Origin: Candidatus Daviesbacteria bacterium
Lineage (GTDB): Bacteria; Patescibacteriota; Microgenomatia; Daviesbacterales; UBA10151
NCBI GenBank assembly: GCA_016184225.1
Contig: JACPDA010000004.1
Coordinates: forward strand, 343,927-407,926
Reading direction: 5' to 3'
DNA: 64,000 nucleotides
Below the pieces are notes generated by a model that saw nothing but the letters and a program-made list of their open reading frames with translations, did not search any database and had not been told where the DNA came from. Position 1 is the first letter of the stretch. Each line of letters begins with the position of its first letter. Shown here piece by piece: positions 7,571 through 16,591 of this stretch. Position numbers and translations under genes: made by a program.

Positions 7571-8626
7571 TTATATTCCCTGTTGGGATCTTCGGCGGAG
7601 TGTTTCTATTGTGGATGATGTAGTGCCTTCTTGTGGCTCTGTATCGCCTTCAACCTCGCCAAAGTTAGCGGAGCCGCTGGCAGCAGGTTGGGCAGCCGGG
7701 GTAGCGATTGGGGCGGGGGCTTTTACTTGGTTGGTTTCCGAAACGGTTGTGGCAGGCAAACTGGTAGTCTTAGTAGGTTGGCCGATACCTAATATAAAGT
7801 AAGCAGAAGCTCCCAATACTAAGATTAATAATCCTCCTCCTAAGCCAATCAGCCAACGGGGTATGCCTTTGTGAGTTTCGGACGCCACGTTGGGTACTAC
7901 CGGATTTGACGTTGGACCGGAGGGAGGGATTAAAGTTTCCGGAGCAGGCTGTGTAGGTTCCGGTTGAGCGTTGGTATTTGTTATAAGGTGTGAAAGATCT
8001 GTCGGGGCTGCTTCTGCCGGAGCAGGAGGCTGACTATCGGATTGGTTTTCTGTAGGGGTGGCGACAGTATTGCTCCAGCTGGGTTGAGTGGCAGGTTGAG
8101 ACTGTTCCATAGAGGGATTTTGTGAAGGTGCTGTTCCCCAAGGATTATCCAGCGGGGAAGAGGTTGGTGGAGGTTCGCTTGTTTGCGGCATAGTATCAAG
8201 CGGTGGACTGGCTGCAGGGTTTGCATCGGGGCTCGGGGTTAGGGTAGGAGGTGTAAATGTGGGAGTTGGCCCCGATTGAGGGGGAGTCGGTTCTGGTTGC
8301 ACCTGAGCTGAGGAGACATCAGGTACGCTTGGTGCGGACTGCGATAAAGCTGGCCAAGCATCCGCTGGCGTAGGTTCTGCTTGAGCTTGGGTTGGTTCAG
8401 AGAGTGTGGGAGTGGAATTTAGGTTTGACGGTGCCTGATCTGAGGGCCAGCCAGAGGCAGGGGTCGGTGTAGGGACAGACGGCCATGGGGTAGGGGCAGA
8501 TAGCGGTTCCGCAGGAGGTGCGGTTGGCTCCGCAGGTTGAGGCCAGGCAGGTGTTGAGCCATTAGCCAGAGGTTCTGAGGGACTACTTTGATTATTAAGT
8601 GAGTTTGGATCGTTCTGATTATCCAT
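7571..8626 (-). CDS. Pro/Thr/Ser/Ala-rich low-complexity membrane-anchored protein (351 aa)
   Basis: About 250 N-terminal residues are dominated by P, T, S, A, Q and E, with repeated PTP/EPT/PAEP units. A single TM follows (WLIGLGGGLLILVLGASAYFILGIG), then a ~80-aa tail. Confidence 0.55.
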   Translation of the reverse strand: MDNQNDPNSLNNQSSPSEPLANGSTPAWPQPAEPTAPPAEPLSAPTPWPSVPTPTPASGWPSDQAPSNLNSTPTLSEPTQAQAEPTPADAWPALSQSAPSVPDVSSAQVQPEPTPPQSGPTPTFTPPTLTPSPDANPAASPPLDTMPQTSEPPPTSSPLDNPWGTAPSQNPSMEQSQPATQPSWSNTVATPTENQSDSQPPAPAEAAPTDLSHLITNTNAQPEPTQPAPETLIPPSGPTSNPVVPNVASETHKGIPRWLIGLGGGLLILVLGASAYFILGIGQPTKTTSLPATTVSETNQVKAPAPIATPAAQPAASGSANFGEVEGDTEPQEGTTSSTIETLRRRSQQGI

Positions 8627-8700
8627 TAGGGCAGTTTTTAGTTAAGTTTAGTGTATTAAAGAAGGTATTAATTGTCAATGTATCATATAATATACAAACC

Positions 8701-11436
8701 ATGTTAGGTTTTTTTGGTAAACTCCTGGATTCAAACGAAAGAGAAATAAATAAGCTTAAGCCTTTAGTGGAGGCAACAAGCTCTTTTGAGAAAAAAGTTT
8801 CAAAATTATCCGATAAGGAACTTAGAGGTAGCTTTGCAAAGTTTAAGCTGGAACACGAACGAGGTAAAAGTTTGAATGAATTGCTGTCGGAGGTTTTCAG
8901 CTTTGTGAGGGAAGCTGCCAAAAGGACCATCAAGCAGCGCCATTTTGATGTCCAGCTGATGGCGGCGATTGTCTTGCACCAAGGTAAAATTGCCGAACAG
9001 AAAACCGGAGAAGGCAAAACTTTGTCAGCTACTCCGGCACTGTTTTTAAACGCTATTGTCGGTAAAGGGGTTCACCTGGTGACGGTCAATGATTATCTGG
9101 CCCAGCGGGATTGCGGTTGGATGGGGCCGATATATTATGCGCTCGGCGCAAGTTGTGCCACAATCATTCATGACAGCGCTTTTATTTATGACCCGAAATA
9201 TAAGGATACCTCCCATGACGATAAAAGATTGCAACATCTTCGTCCGGTGACCAGAAAAGAAGCTTACGACGCAGATATCACTTATGGAACCAATAATGAG
9301 TTCGGCTTTGACTATTTGCGGGACAATATGGCTTTTAGATTATCAGACCAATCACAACGGGGACACCTTTTTGCAGTTGTTGACGAAGTAGATTCAATAT
9401 TAATTGATGAGGCAAGGACCCCTTTAATCATTTCGCAGCCTGCACAGGAAGCAACGGAAAAGTATTACCAGTTTGCCAAAATCATTGATTCACTTTCCCC
9501 TTCTGACTACAGCGTTGATGAAAAACTAAAAACAGCCCATTTAACAGAACACGGCACCTTAAAGATTGAAAAACTACTGGGGGTGGATAATCTCTACGAA
9601 AAGGATTTTTCCACCCTTCATCATCTGGAAGAATCGTTAAAGGCTAAAACCTTATTTCAAAAGGACAAAGACTATGTAGTTAAAGACGGAGAAGTGATTA
9701 TTGTTGATGAGTTTACCGGCAGGCTGATGTTAGGGAGAAGGTATTCGGAAGGGTTACACCAGGCTATTGAAGCCAAAGAAGATGTACCAATCCAACAAGA
9801 GTCTCAGACTTTAGCTACTATTTCTTTTCAAAACTACTTTAGGATGTATGAAAAGCTGGCCGGTATGACAGGGACTGCTGCTACCGAGGCAGAGGAGTTT
9901 AACAAGATCTACAAATTAGAAGTAGTGGTTATACCTACCAATAACCCAATGGTGAGAGTGGATCATTCTGATACCATCTATAAAACCCAGGGTGCAAAGT
10001 ATACGGCTGTAGCAAATTTGGTAGAGAGCTTGCACAAAAAAGGGCAACCTGTATTGGTGGGAACTACCGCTATTGATAAAAACGAATTCCTGTCAGATCT
10101 TCTAAAAAGAAAAGGGATATCGCATGCGCTGTTAAATGCCAAAAATCACGAAAAAGAGGCGGAAATTATTGCCAAAGCCGGGGAAAAAGGGGCAGTTACT
10201 GTGGCTACCAATATGGCAGGCCGGGGAGTGGATATTATTTTGGCAAAGGGTATTGATAAGTTAGGGGGTTTGTTTGTGGTAGGAACGGAAAGGCATGAAT
10301 CAAGAAGGATAGATAATCAGCTACGGGGTCGTTCAGGCAGGCAAGGTGATCCAGGAGAAACTAGGTTTTTTGTGTCTTTGGAGGACGATCTGATGAGGAT
10401 TTTTGGTGGGGAACAGGTTTCCAAAGTGATGAATTTCCTGAAAATGCCGGAAGATGTCCCGATTGAGCATGGTTTAATCTCCAAGGCAATTGAGGGGGCC
10501 CAAAAGAAGGTGGAAGGTCACAATTTTGATATCCGCAAACACACCGTTGAATATGATGATGTCATGAATCAACAAAGAAAAATTATCTATGAAATCAGGA
10601 AAAAGGTCTTGGAAACAGCTTCTTCCCCTGTCATCCCGAGCGCTAGCGAGGGATCTAATTTCTTAAAAGAAGAGATTTTGCAAAAGATTGAGGCTGAAAT
10701 TTCGAGTGTAGTGGCTGTTTATTCGGCAGAAGGTATAGACAGCAAAAAAATCATTGGAGAGTTTGCATCGATTATACCTATAGATGAAAACAGCCAAAAA
10801 GAAATAGAAAACAAAATTGCCGTTTCTACAAGCCCTGAAGAAATTATACAGTTTTTAACTGAGCTGTCCGGTAATTTCTATGAGCAGAGGGAGAAACAGG
10901 TTGGAGAAGAAATAGCCAGACAAATGGAGGTTTTTGTATACCTTAATACTATAGATACCCTGTGGATTGAACATTTGGATACCATGGATGACCTGCGCTC
11001 CGGAATAGGGCTTCGAGGATATGCCCAAAGAGACCCTTTGATTGAATACAAAAGGGAAGGCTTTGATTTGTTTGAGAAACTGATGGTGACTATTGATTAT
11101 GAGATTGTCAGAAGAATCTATAAGGTAGCTGTACAGGGACAAGCTCCTGTTCCCGAGCAGCCAGTAGTAGTGGAGGAAAAGCATCCGGAAATAGAAATCG
11201 GAGTTAAAACCGAAAAGAAGGAAATTAAGGAGGTTGCAGAAGGTAAGCCACTGGATAAGGTGTTGGAGTCAGAAGGCGGAGTGACTAAAGTTACTATTGA
11301 GCGGGACGGGATAGTATCGGAGCAGATGTATGGAGACCAGGGACAATTGACTAAAGCTCATGGCAAAATTGGCAGAAATGATCCATGTTGGTGTGGCAGC
11401 GGTAAAAAGTACAAGCGATGCCATTACCCTAACTGA
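8701..11436 (+). CDS. secA: Preprotein translocase ATPase SecA
   Basis: The N-terminus MLGFFGKLLDSNEREINKLKPLVE is SecA-like. DEAD-like motor motifs are present (MKTGEGKTL, DEVDSILIDEARTPLIIS, TNMAGRGVDI). The C-terminal zinc finger is CWCGSGKKYKRCH. The start was moved to the ATG at 8701, because the track ORF's 5-prime extension overlaps the convergent gene ending at 8626. Confidence 0.9.
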   Translation: MLGFFGKLLDSNEREINKLKPLVEATSSFEKKVSKLSDKELRGSFAKFKLEHERGKSLNELLSEVFSFVREAAKRTIKQRHFDVQLMAAIVLHQGKIAEQKTGEGKTLSATPALFLNAIVGKGVHLVTVNDYLAQRDCGWMGPIYYALGASCATIIHDSAFIYDPKYKDTSHDDKRLQHLRPVTRKEAYDADITYGTNNEFGFDYLRDNMAFRLSDQSQRGHLFAVVDEVDSILIDEARTPLIISQPAQEATEKYYQFAKIIDSLSPSDYSVDEKLKTAHLTEHGTLKIEKLLGVDNLYEKDFSTLHHLEESLKAKTLFQKDKDYVVKDGEVIIVDEFTGRLMLGRRYSEGLHQAIEAKEDVPIQQESQTLATISFQNYFRMYEKLAGMTGTAATEAEEFNKIYKLEVVVIPTNNPMVRVDHSDTIYKTQGAKYTAVANLVESLHKKGQPVLVGTTAIDKNEFLSDLLKRKGISHALLNAKNHEKEAEIIAKAGEKGAVTVATNMAGRGVDIILAKGIDKLGGLFVVGTERHESRRIDNQLRGRSGRQGDPGETRFFVSLEDDLMRIFGGEQVSKVMNFLKMPEDVPIEHGLISKAIEGAQKKVEGHNFDIRKHTVEYDDVMNQQRKIIYEIRKKVLETASSPVIPSASEGSNFLKEEILQKIEAEISSVVAVYSAEGIDSKKIIGEFASIIPIDENSQKEIENKIAVSTSPEEIIQFLTELSGNFYEQREKQVGEEIARQMEVFVYLNTIDTLWIEHLDTMDDLRSGIGLRGYAQRDPLIEYKREGFDLFEKLMVTIDYEIVRRIYKVAVQGQAPVPEQPVVVEEKHPEIEIGVKTEKKEIKEVAEGKPLDKVLESEGGVTKVTIERDGIVSEQMYGDQGQLTKAHGKIGRNDPCWCGSGKKYKRCHYPN

Positions 11437-11526
11437 TTAGATTGATATAGCAATCTAAAGTACCATTTTTAGTACCACATAGAGCACTCTTTTTGCTATA
11501 TAAATTTTTATCAAATTACCCTATAG

Positions 11527-11555
11527 TTGCGCCTAAGCTTATTTTGAGGTATAAT
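11527..11555 (+). promoter_or_regulatory. Promoter (-35 TTGCGC, 17 nt, -10 TATAAT) 9 nt before the ATG at 11565 (leaderless or near-leaderless)
   Basis: TTGCGC lies at 11527-11532 and TATAAT at 11550-11555. The first ATG of the ORF is at 11565. Confidence 0.35.
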
Positions 11556-11564
11556 TCGTACGTT

Positions 11565-12395
11565 ATGAGAGAAACAGACCGACAAATTAAGGAGCTTTAT
11601 TTACAATATAAAGCTGCTAAATTACAACCTGAACAGCAAGCTCAAAAACCGCTACCTATAATTGGCAGAATTGCTCAATTATTGAGGAGACAGAGAAGGG
11701 ATTTGGAAGGGGAAAGAAGAGCAGTATCTGAACCTGAACGAACTAGAGACCAAATTAAAGTTTTATTAAGAGGTCGATTAGGAAGTTATCCTCTTGTGAG
11801 AATAAGTCATGTTGTGCACGGAATAGAATCGGGCTTTGAATATGGTTTTGATTATAGTTTAGGAGAAGATGTATTTGCAGTAGATTATTGGTCATATAAT
11901 CGTTGGGGTATTCTCGTACAAAAACATCCTAGCGATTACACTCCCAAAATAGAAATAGTTGAAGAAAAAATAGAACCCGATAAAGAATTTGCGGATGAAA
12001 ATCCTGAGCTTCTTGGTCCTTACACAATGACACATAGTCTTCTTCATCTTCCTGAAGGATTTCGGATACCCGTTGGTCCACTTCGTTTTGAAAGTGATAG
12101 TTTGCCAATTAGCGAAGAGGAATTAGCTGTTGATAAAGGAAGAGCTATAGCTATGATAGAGGCAGCAGAAATAAAAATGAATAGAGATAGCCTTAAAATG
12201 ACAGAGATATTAGAGAAATTGAGGAGACCAGCTAGAAAATATACGGACAGATTTTTTTTCTGGCAGCCTATCCTACCAGACAGTCCTACAAAAATAGCTA
12301 TAGATTTTGATGCCATTAACCCATACCATATGGGATTGACCTTAAAAAATGCTCCTACATTTAATAATACAGTAATAATTGACGATGATTTGTAA
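11565..12395 (+). CDS. Hypothetical protein
   Basis: The ORF begins MRETDRQIKELYLQYK.... No family was recognised. The start was chosen at the first ATG, which lies right after a -10 box. The track ORF starts at an upstream TTG (11493). Confidence 0.45.
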   Translation: MRETDRQIKELYLQYKAAKLQPEQQAQKPLPIIGRIAQLLRRQRRDLEGERRAVSEPERTRDQIKVLLRGRLGSYPLVRISHVVHGIESGFEYGFDYSLGEDVFAVDYWSYNRWGILVQKHPSDYTPKIEIVEEKIEPDKEFADENPELLGPYTMTHSLLHLPEGFRIPVGPLRFESDSLPISEEELAVDKGRAIAMIEAAEIKMNRDSLKMTEILEKLRRPARKYTDRFFFWQPILPDSPTKIAIDFDAINPYHMGLTLKNAPTFNNTVIIDDDL

Positions 12396-12416
12396 TTTAT
12401 TGTGAGGTACCCTATA

Positions 12417-12444
12417 TTGATAGCATTTCAAAAAATGCTATTAT
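12417..12444 (+). promoter_or_regulatory. Promoter (-35 TTGATA, 16 nt, -10 TATTAT) with an embedded 7-bp inverted repeat, 8 nt before the ATG at 12453
   Basis: TTGATA lies at 12417-12422. ATAGCAT(ttcaaaaa)ATGCTAT spans the spacer. TATTAT lies at 12439-12444. Confidence 0.3.
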
Positions 12445-12452
12445 CCTAATTA

Positions 12453-13331
12453 ATGAATCATGAAGTTCAAGAGTTAACCAAAGAGTGGGTAGCCAAAAGA
12501 TTGCCGGTGAGGCCGAAAGACGCTAATAAAGGAACTTTTGGGAAGGTGTTGGTTTTGGCCGGTTCAGAAAATTATCCGGGAGCGGCATATCTCTCTTGCG
12601 CTGCATGTTACCGGGTGGGAGCAGGATTAGTTAGTTTAGCAACGACCCCATCAGTTAAAATAATTGTCTCCAGAAAATTACCAGAAGTGACTTTCCTTTC
12701 ATTTGAAGAAATTTTTAAAAAACTGGTTGAATATGATGTTTTATTGATTGGTCCAGGCTTGGGGCAAAGTAAGCAAACAGTAAAGCTAATGAAACATATC
12801 TTAAACAGCAATTTACCCCCAACAGTTATTGATGGTGATGGGTTAAACCTTCTTTCTAAAATAGAGAAGTGGTGGGAGAGATTCTGGACAAGCCAGAATG
12901 ACAAAGCTAAAGATATTATACTGACCCCGCATCCGGGGGAAATGGCTAGGTTAACAGGAATCTCTGTTAAAAAAATCCAGGCAGATCGGGCTAACGTCGC
13001 ACAATATCATGCCAAAAAATGGAATCAACTGATAGTCTTGAAGGGAGCAAATACTGTGATTGTCTCCCCTGCCGGGCAGGTGCTGATTAGCCCTTTTGCA
13101 AATCCGGCTCTGTCAACTGCCGGTACCGGTGATGTTTTGGCAGGAGCAATAGCCGGTCTGTTGGCTCAGGGCTTAAAACCTGCTGACGCAGCCGGTGTCG
13201 GAGTATATGTTCATGGTTTGGCCGGTGAGAGATTAAAGGAAAACACAGGTAAGGCAGGGATGTTGGCAAGCGATCTTTTGCCAATGTTGCCGAAAGTTCT
13301 ACTCAACATATCCAAACATAGGATCTGTTAA
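12453..13331 (+). CDS. ADP-dependent NAD(P)H-hydrate dehydratase (YjeF C-terminal / carbohydrate-kinase-like domain)
   Basis: FGKVLVLAGSENYPGAAYLSCAACYRVGAGLV, LIGPGLGQS and TGDVLAGAIAGLLAQG are the conserved YjeF_C blocks. Confidence 0.75.
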   Translation: MNHEVQELTKEWVAKRLPVRPKDANKGTFGKVLVLAGSENYPGAAYLSCAACYRVGAGLVSLATTPSVKIIVSRKLPEVTFLSFEEIFKKLVEYDVLLIGPGLGQSKQTVKLMKHILNSNLPPTVIDGDGLNLLSKIEKWWERFWTSQNDKAKDIILTPHPGEMARLTGISVKKIQADRANVAQYHAKKWNQLIVLKGANTVIVSPAGQVLISPFANPALSTAGTGDVLAGAIAGLLAQGLKPADAAGVGVYVHGLAGERLKENTGKAGMLASDLLPMLPKVLLNISKHRIC

Positions 13332-14774
13332 ATTGGTATTTTGCCCGCTGCAAGCTTCCGTCATTAACTCCTGTGGAGGAGGTTGTTTTGGAGGAATTAC
13401 CCCAATGTGGCCGAATTTGACTTTTACTTCCTTAAGTGAGTATTCATCCGGAATGACTATGGAATATACCGGGCTGCCCCTTCCGGGTACGGCAATATGA
13501 GCTTTCTTTAAGAAGAAAAAGTACCTGAAACCAACATTTTCTCCCGGTGAGGTAATATAGTTTAGGGAAAAACAGGGAAAATTTTTGGTTTTAGCATCAT
13601 TTATTATGTAGTTCACAACTGATTTCTTTTCAATATAACCTTTATGGTAAGTATCCTGGACAATCAGGAAAAAGACATTTTTAGCCGTTACAAACATTAA
13701 TAGACCAACTACCAATATTTTCCCTACTCTTGAAGAATTAAAGAGATAAAAGAGCAGTAAGCTGACAATAGTCAAAAAGACAATTTCAATGTCATAAAAA
13801 TAATATTCCGAGATTGGTGAAGAAGAGACGGAGAAAAATAAAACTACAGAGAAAACCCAGGCCAGAAGAGGAATTAGTTCATAAGTTTTAAGCAGTTTCT
13901 TTTTTACCAATAGAAATGAAGATGCCAATATAGCCATAGGAAAAAAAATAGTATTAGTTATTGGTAAGAATTGAGGAGCAAAGAAAAGGCTGTTTATATT
14001 TTTAGTGATCATCTCCAGTACGGTTTGAAATTTGTATAATCCTCGGGCTCCTTCCCTGACAGTTGTAAAGTTTTGCAAAAGATTGGTGGTTTGTTGAAAA
14101 TTATGTCTTAATTCAAAGATAATGAGCGGCAGTGAGGTAATTATTACAGCGATAGAAAATTCTACTAACTGTGAAAAACTGGGTAATTTCTTAGCTTTCA
14201 AAAACGCAAACGGGATAGCAAAAAGTGCCGGCAGAAGTGCAATATGGATATGCCAAATGAGTCCTATCAAAATTCCCAGCAATAGTAGAACATTAAACTT
14301 TCCCCTGGCTAACATTATTACGGTATAGAAATACCAAATTGTCCAAAGATTAGTGGGGGTAGATGGTGCCAGTCTCCTGTCAAACCAAACTGCTGCACTT
14401 ATTAAAACCGCATACAACAAGGAGGCAATAAAACCCACTTTAGTATTGAATAATTTGGAAAATACTACAAAGTAGCTGATAACAGTTAGAATTCCTATAA
14501 TGGTGATGGGAAAATGGGCAGCTACCGGATCCATGTTAAGTAAAAGATAAAAGGGGACTAAGGAGTAATAAAAGAGGGGGCCAATAAAAATACCCGAAGC
14601 GGAGGTTTCCTGCCCTACTAGCCGCAGGTGGCCATTTACAACAATGTCTTTGACAATCCAGGAATATAAATCAGCATCATGTCCAAAATCAGCCCTTTCA
14701 ACAACTTGGTAGGTTCTAAAAAAAAGCCCACTAACAATTATTAAACCCAAGAGTAAAATTTGAGACCGCTTCAT
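13299..14774 (-). CDS. GT-C-fold integral membrane glycosyltransferase-like protein (paralog family A)
   Basis: The protein has more than 10 predicted TM spans. Its N-terminal loop motif FGHDADLY...LRLVGQETSASGIFIGPLFYYSL is shared with the products of 16592-18076 and 18069-19601 and with the C-terminal domain of 34977-37151. Confidence 0.65.
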   Translation of the reverse strand: MKRSQILLLGLIIVSGLFFRTYQVVERADFGHDADLYSWIVKDIVVNGHLRLVGQETSASGIFIGPLFYYSLVPFYLLLNMDPVAAHFPITIIGILTVISYFVVFSKLFNTKVGFIASLLYAVLISAAVWFDRRLAPSTPTNLWTIWYFYTVIMLARGKFNVLLLLGILIGLIWHIHIALLPALFAIPFAFLKAKKLPSFSQLVEFSIAVIITSLPLIIFELRHNFQQTTNLLQNFTTVREGARGLYKFQTVLEMITKNINSLFFAPQFLPITNTIFFPMAILASSFLLVKKKLLKTYELIPLLAWVFSVVLFFSVSSSPISEYYFYDIEIVFLTIVSLLLFYLFNSSRVGKILVVGLLMFVTAKNVFFLIVQDTYHKGYIEKKSVVNYIINDAKTKNFPCFSLNYITSPGENVGFRYFFFLKKAHIAVPGRGSPVYSIVIPDEYSLKEVKVKFGHIGVIPPKQPPPQELMTEACSGQNTNLTDPMFGYVE

Positions 14775-14796
14775 ATAAATGTTAAACTAGCACACT

Positions 14797-15552
14797 ATGG
14801 AAGTTAAGGCAATAAAGTCCAGAAAATTTTTGCCGCCCAAAGATGATTTGTGGGATTTACTTTCGGCGATAGAAAGTCTAAAAGAAAATTCACTTGTGGC
14901 AGTAACCTCTAAGGTGGTAGCGATAGGTGAAGGGCGATGTGTTCCGATGGTAGGTATAGAAAAAGATGAGCTGGTTGCCAAAGAGGCGGATAAATATTTG
15001 CCCAGGAAATTATGGCCAAACGGGTTGACAATGTATACCATTAAAAATAATTTACTGGTGGCAGCTGCCGGGATTGATGAAAGCAATGCGAAAGGTTTCT
15101 ATATTCTTTGGCCGAAAAACCCGGAACTTTCTGCTAAAAATATTTGGGAATTTTTAAAGAAAAGGTTTAAGCTAAAAAACTTAGGAGTAATTATTACTGA
15201 TTCCCGGGTAACCCCTTTAAGGCGGGGAGTTTTGGGAATGGCAATTTCTTATTATGGCTTTAAGCCCTTAAAAGATTATCGGGGAACAAAGGATCTATTT
15301 GGTAGAAGTTTTGAAATGGAAACCACTGATATACCGGACTGCCTGGCATCTGCGGCAGTGTTGGAAATGGGGGAAGGGGCAGAGTGCCAGCCCTTGGCTG
15401 TGATTTCCGATGTTCCCTATGTGGAGTTTATTCAAGAAAAGTACAATCCAAAAAATCCTGATTCCAGTTTTGAAATTTCGGAAAAAGAAGACCTGTTTTA
15501 TCCTTTCTTATCTTCAGTGCCTTGGAAAAAAGGCGCCGGGGGAAAAGACTAG
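14797..15552 (+). CDS. CofE-like gamma-glutamyl ligase family protein (F420-0:gamma-glutamyl ligase fold)
   Basis: KVVAIGEGRCV, DSRVTPLRRGVLGMAISYYG, RGTKDLFGRSFE and AAVLEMGEGAE match conserved CofE/FolC-like ligase blocks. Confidence 0.55.
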   Translation: MEVKAIKSRKFLPPKDDLWDLLSAIESLKENSLVAVTSKVVAIGEGRCVPMVGIEKDELVAKEADKYLPRKLWPNGLTMYTIKNNLLVAAAGIDESNAKGFYILWPKNPELSAKNIWEFLKKRFKLKNLGVIITDSRVTPLRRGVLGMAISYYGFKPLKDYRGTKDLFGRSFEMETTDIPDCLASAAVLEMGEGAECQPLAVISDVPYVEFIQEKYNPKNPDSSFEISEKEDLFYPFLSSVPWKKGAGGKD

Positions 15553-15575
15553 CCCTTTTTAGAAGGGTACCAAAA

Positions 15576-15591
15576 TTTCGCTATAGCGAAA
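15576..15591. terminator. Perfect 16-bp palindrome TTTCGCTATAGCGAAA between convergent genes (possible bidirectional terminator)
   Basis: It lies between the CofE-like stop (15552) and the epimerase stop (15603). A second small hairpin, CCCTT(tttag)AAGGG, sits at ~15553-15567. No strong U-tract follows, so this is only a weak terminator call. Confidence 0.2.
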
Positions 15592-15602
15592 AAATGGAAC
15601 CA

Positions 15603-16523
15603 CTAGGGATTTTGGATTTTGAAAAAATCAATAGTTTTCTGGAGGCCTTCGTCTAGGCTTACTTTTACTTTCCAGCCTAGATCTTTTTTGATTTTTTGAG
15701 AAGATGCAACGAGTGTCGGTACATCACCTTTTCTTTCTCCCTTATCATCAATAGGCACTTCATAGCCGACAATTTCAAAAATCTGCTTTACTACATCAAT
15801 CACTTTTACACCGGTTTGGGTCCCTACATTATATATATGTAATCCGGTTAAGGGTAGCGCTAAGACATGAGCTTCTGCCAAGTCATCAATATAAATAAAA
15901 TCCCTAACCTGTTCCCCTTTCCAAAACAGTGGAATAGGGGTTTTAGCAAGAGCTGATTTTACAAAATTTGGTATGGCATGGGTTTCAGGAAAATGTAGTT
16001 CGCCCGGGCCGTATGGATTAAAATAGCGGAGGATTGTGACATCAAATTGGTGGAGAGTATGATAGAGTTTACAAAATTCCTCCATTGTTATTTTGGTGAT
16101 TCCATATGGATTTTTCTGTTCTCCTAAAGGATCCTCTTCCGTAATAGGAAGTTTTTTTGGAACGCCATAAACACAAGCGCTGGAGGAGAAGATAATTTTT
16201 TTAACTCCGGTATTTTTCATAGCCTCCAAGAGCTTTACAGTTCCCACAATATTATTTTGAGTAAACTCAACCGGATTTTTTACAGATTCACCAACTTCAA
16301 TAAACGAAGCCATATGGATAACGCCGTCATGGCCCGGCAGAATTTTTTTAAGTTCTTCCTGGTTTTCAAGACTGACACGCTGAAAATTTGCCCGGGGATC
16401 TACAGAGGCTTGGTATCCTTTCGAAAGGTCGTCAATGACCGTTACCGAATGACCTTGATCGAGAAGCAATTTGTTAACATGGGAGCCTATAAAGCCGGCC
16501 CCACCGGTAACTAAAACCTTCAT
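15603..16523 (-). CDS. NAD-dependent sugar epimerase (UDP-glucose 4-epimerase GalE-like, SDR family)
   Basis: MKVLVTGGAGFIGSH (Rossmann GxxGxxG) is present together with the YxxxK catalytic region. The start was taken at the internal ATG at 16523, which gives the canonical N-terminus. Confidence 0.75.
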   Translation of the reverse strand: MKVLVTGGAGFIGSHVNKLLLDQGHSVTVIDDLSKGYQASVDPRANFQRVSLENQEELKKILPGHDGVIHMASFIEVGESVKNPVEFTQNNIVGTVKLLEAMKNTGVKKIIFSSSACVYGVPKKLPITEEDPLGEQKNPYGITKITMEEFCKLYHTLHQFDVTILRYFNPYGPGELHFPETHAIPNFVKSALAKTPIPLFWKGEQVRDFIYIDDLAEAHVLALPLTGLHIYNVGTQTGVKVIDVVKQIFEIVGYEVPIDDKGERKGDVPTLVASSQKIKKDLGWKVKVSLDEGLQKTIDFFKIQNP

Positions 16524-16591
16524 GGAATTAATTTTAACATAATGACGAGGAGAGGGTTGCAAAATAAAAGCTATCTGTTACATTAGAGGTA

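Noticed and set aside
7571-8626. Whether the Pro-rich or LTD proteins are diversity-generating retroelement targets
   Set aside because: No reverse transcriptase, template repeat or adenine-specific mismatch repeat pair was found anywhere in the window.
8599-8700. 5-prime extension of the secA ORF (MSLDRSDYPLGQFLVKFSVLKKVLIVNVSYNIQT)
   Set aside because: The extension overlaps the end of the convergent Pro-rich gene. The canonical SecA N-terminus begins at the ATG at 8701.
10621-10660. GC-rich quasi-palindrome CCCGAGCGCTAGCGAGGG, resembling motifs near 22110 and 24170
   Set aside because: It lies inside the secA coding region (SSPVIPSASEGS). The similarity to the intergenic GC-rich hairpins is short and imperfect.
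11493-11564. TTG-initiated upstream extension of the hypothetical gene
   Set aside because: A good TTGCGC-17-TATAAT promoter sits inside the extension, and the first ATG (11565) follows it directly.
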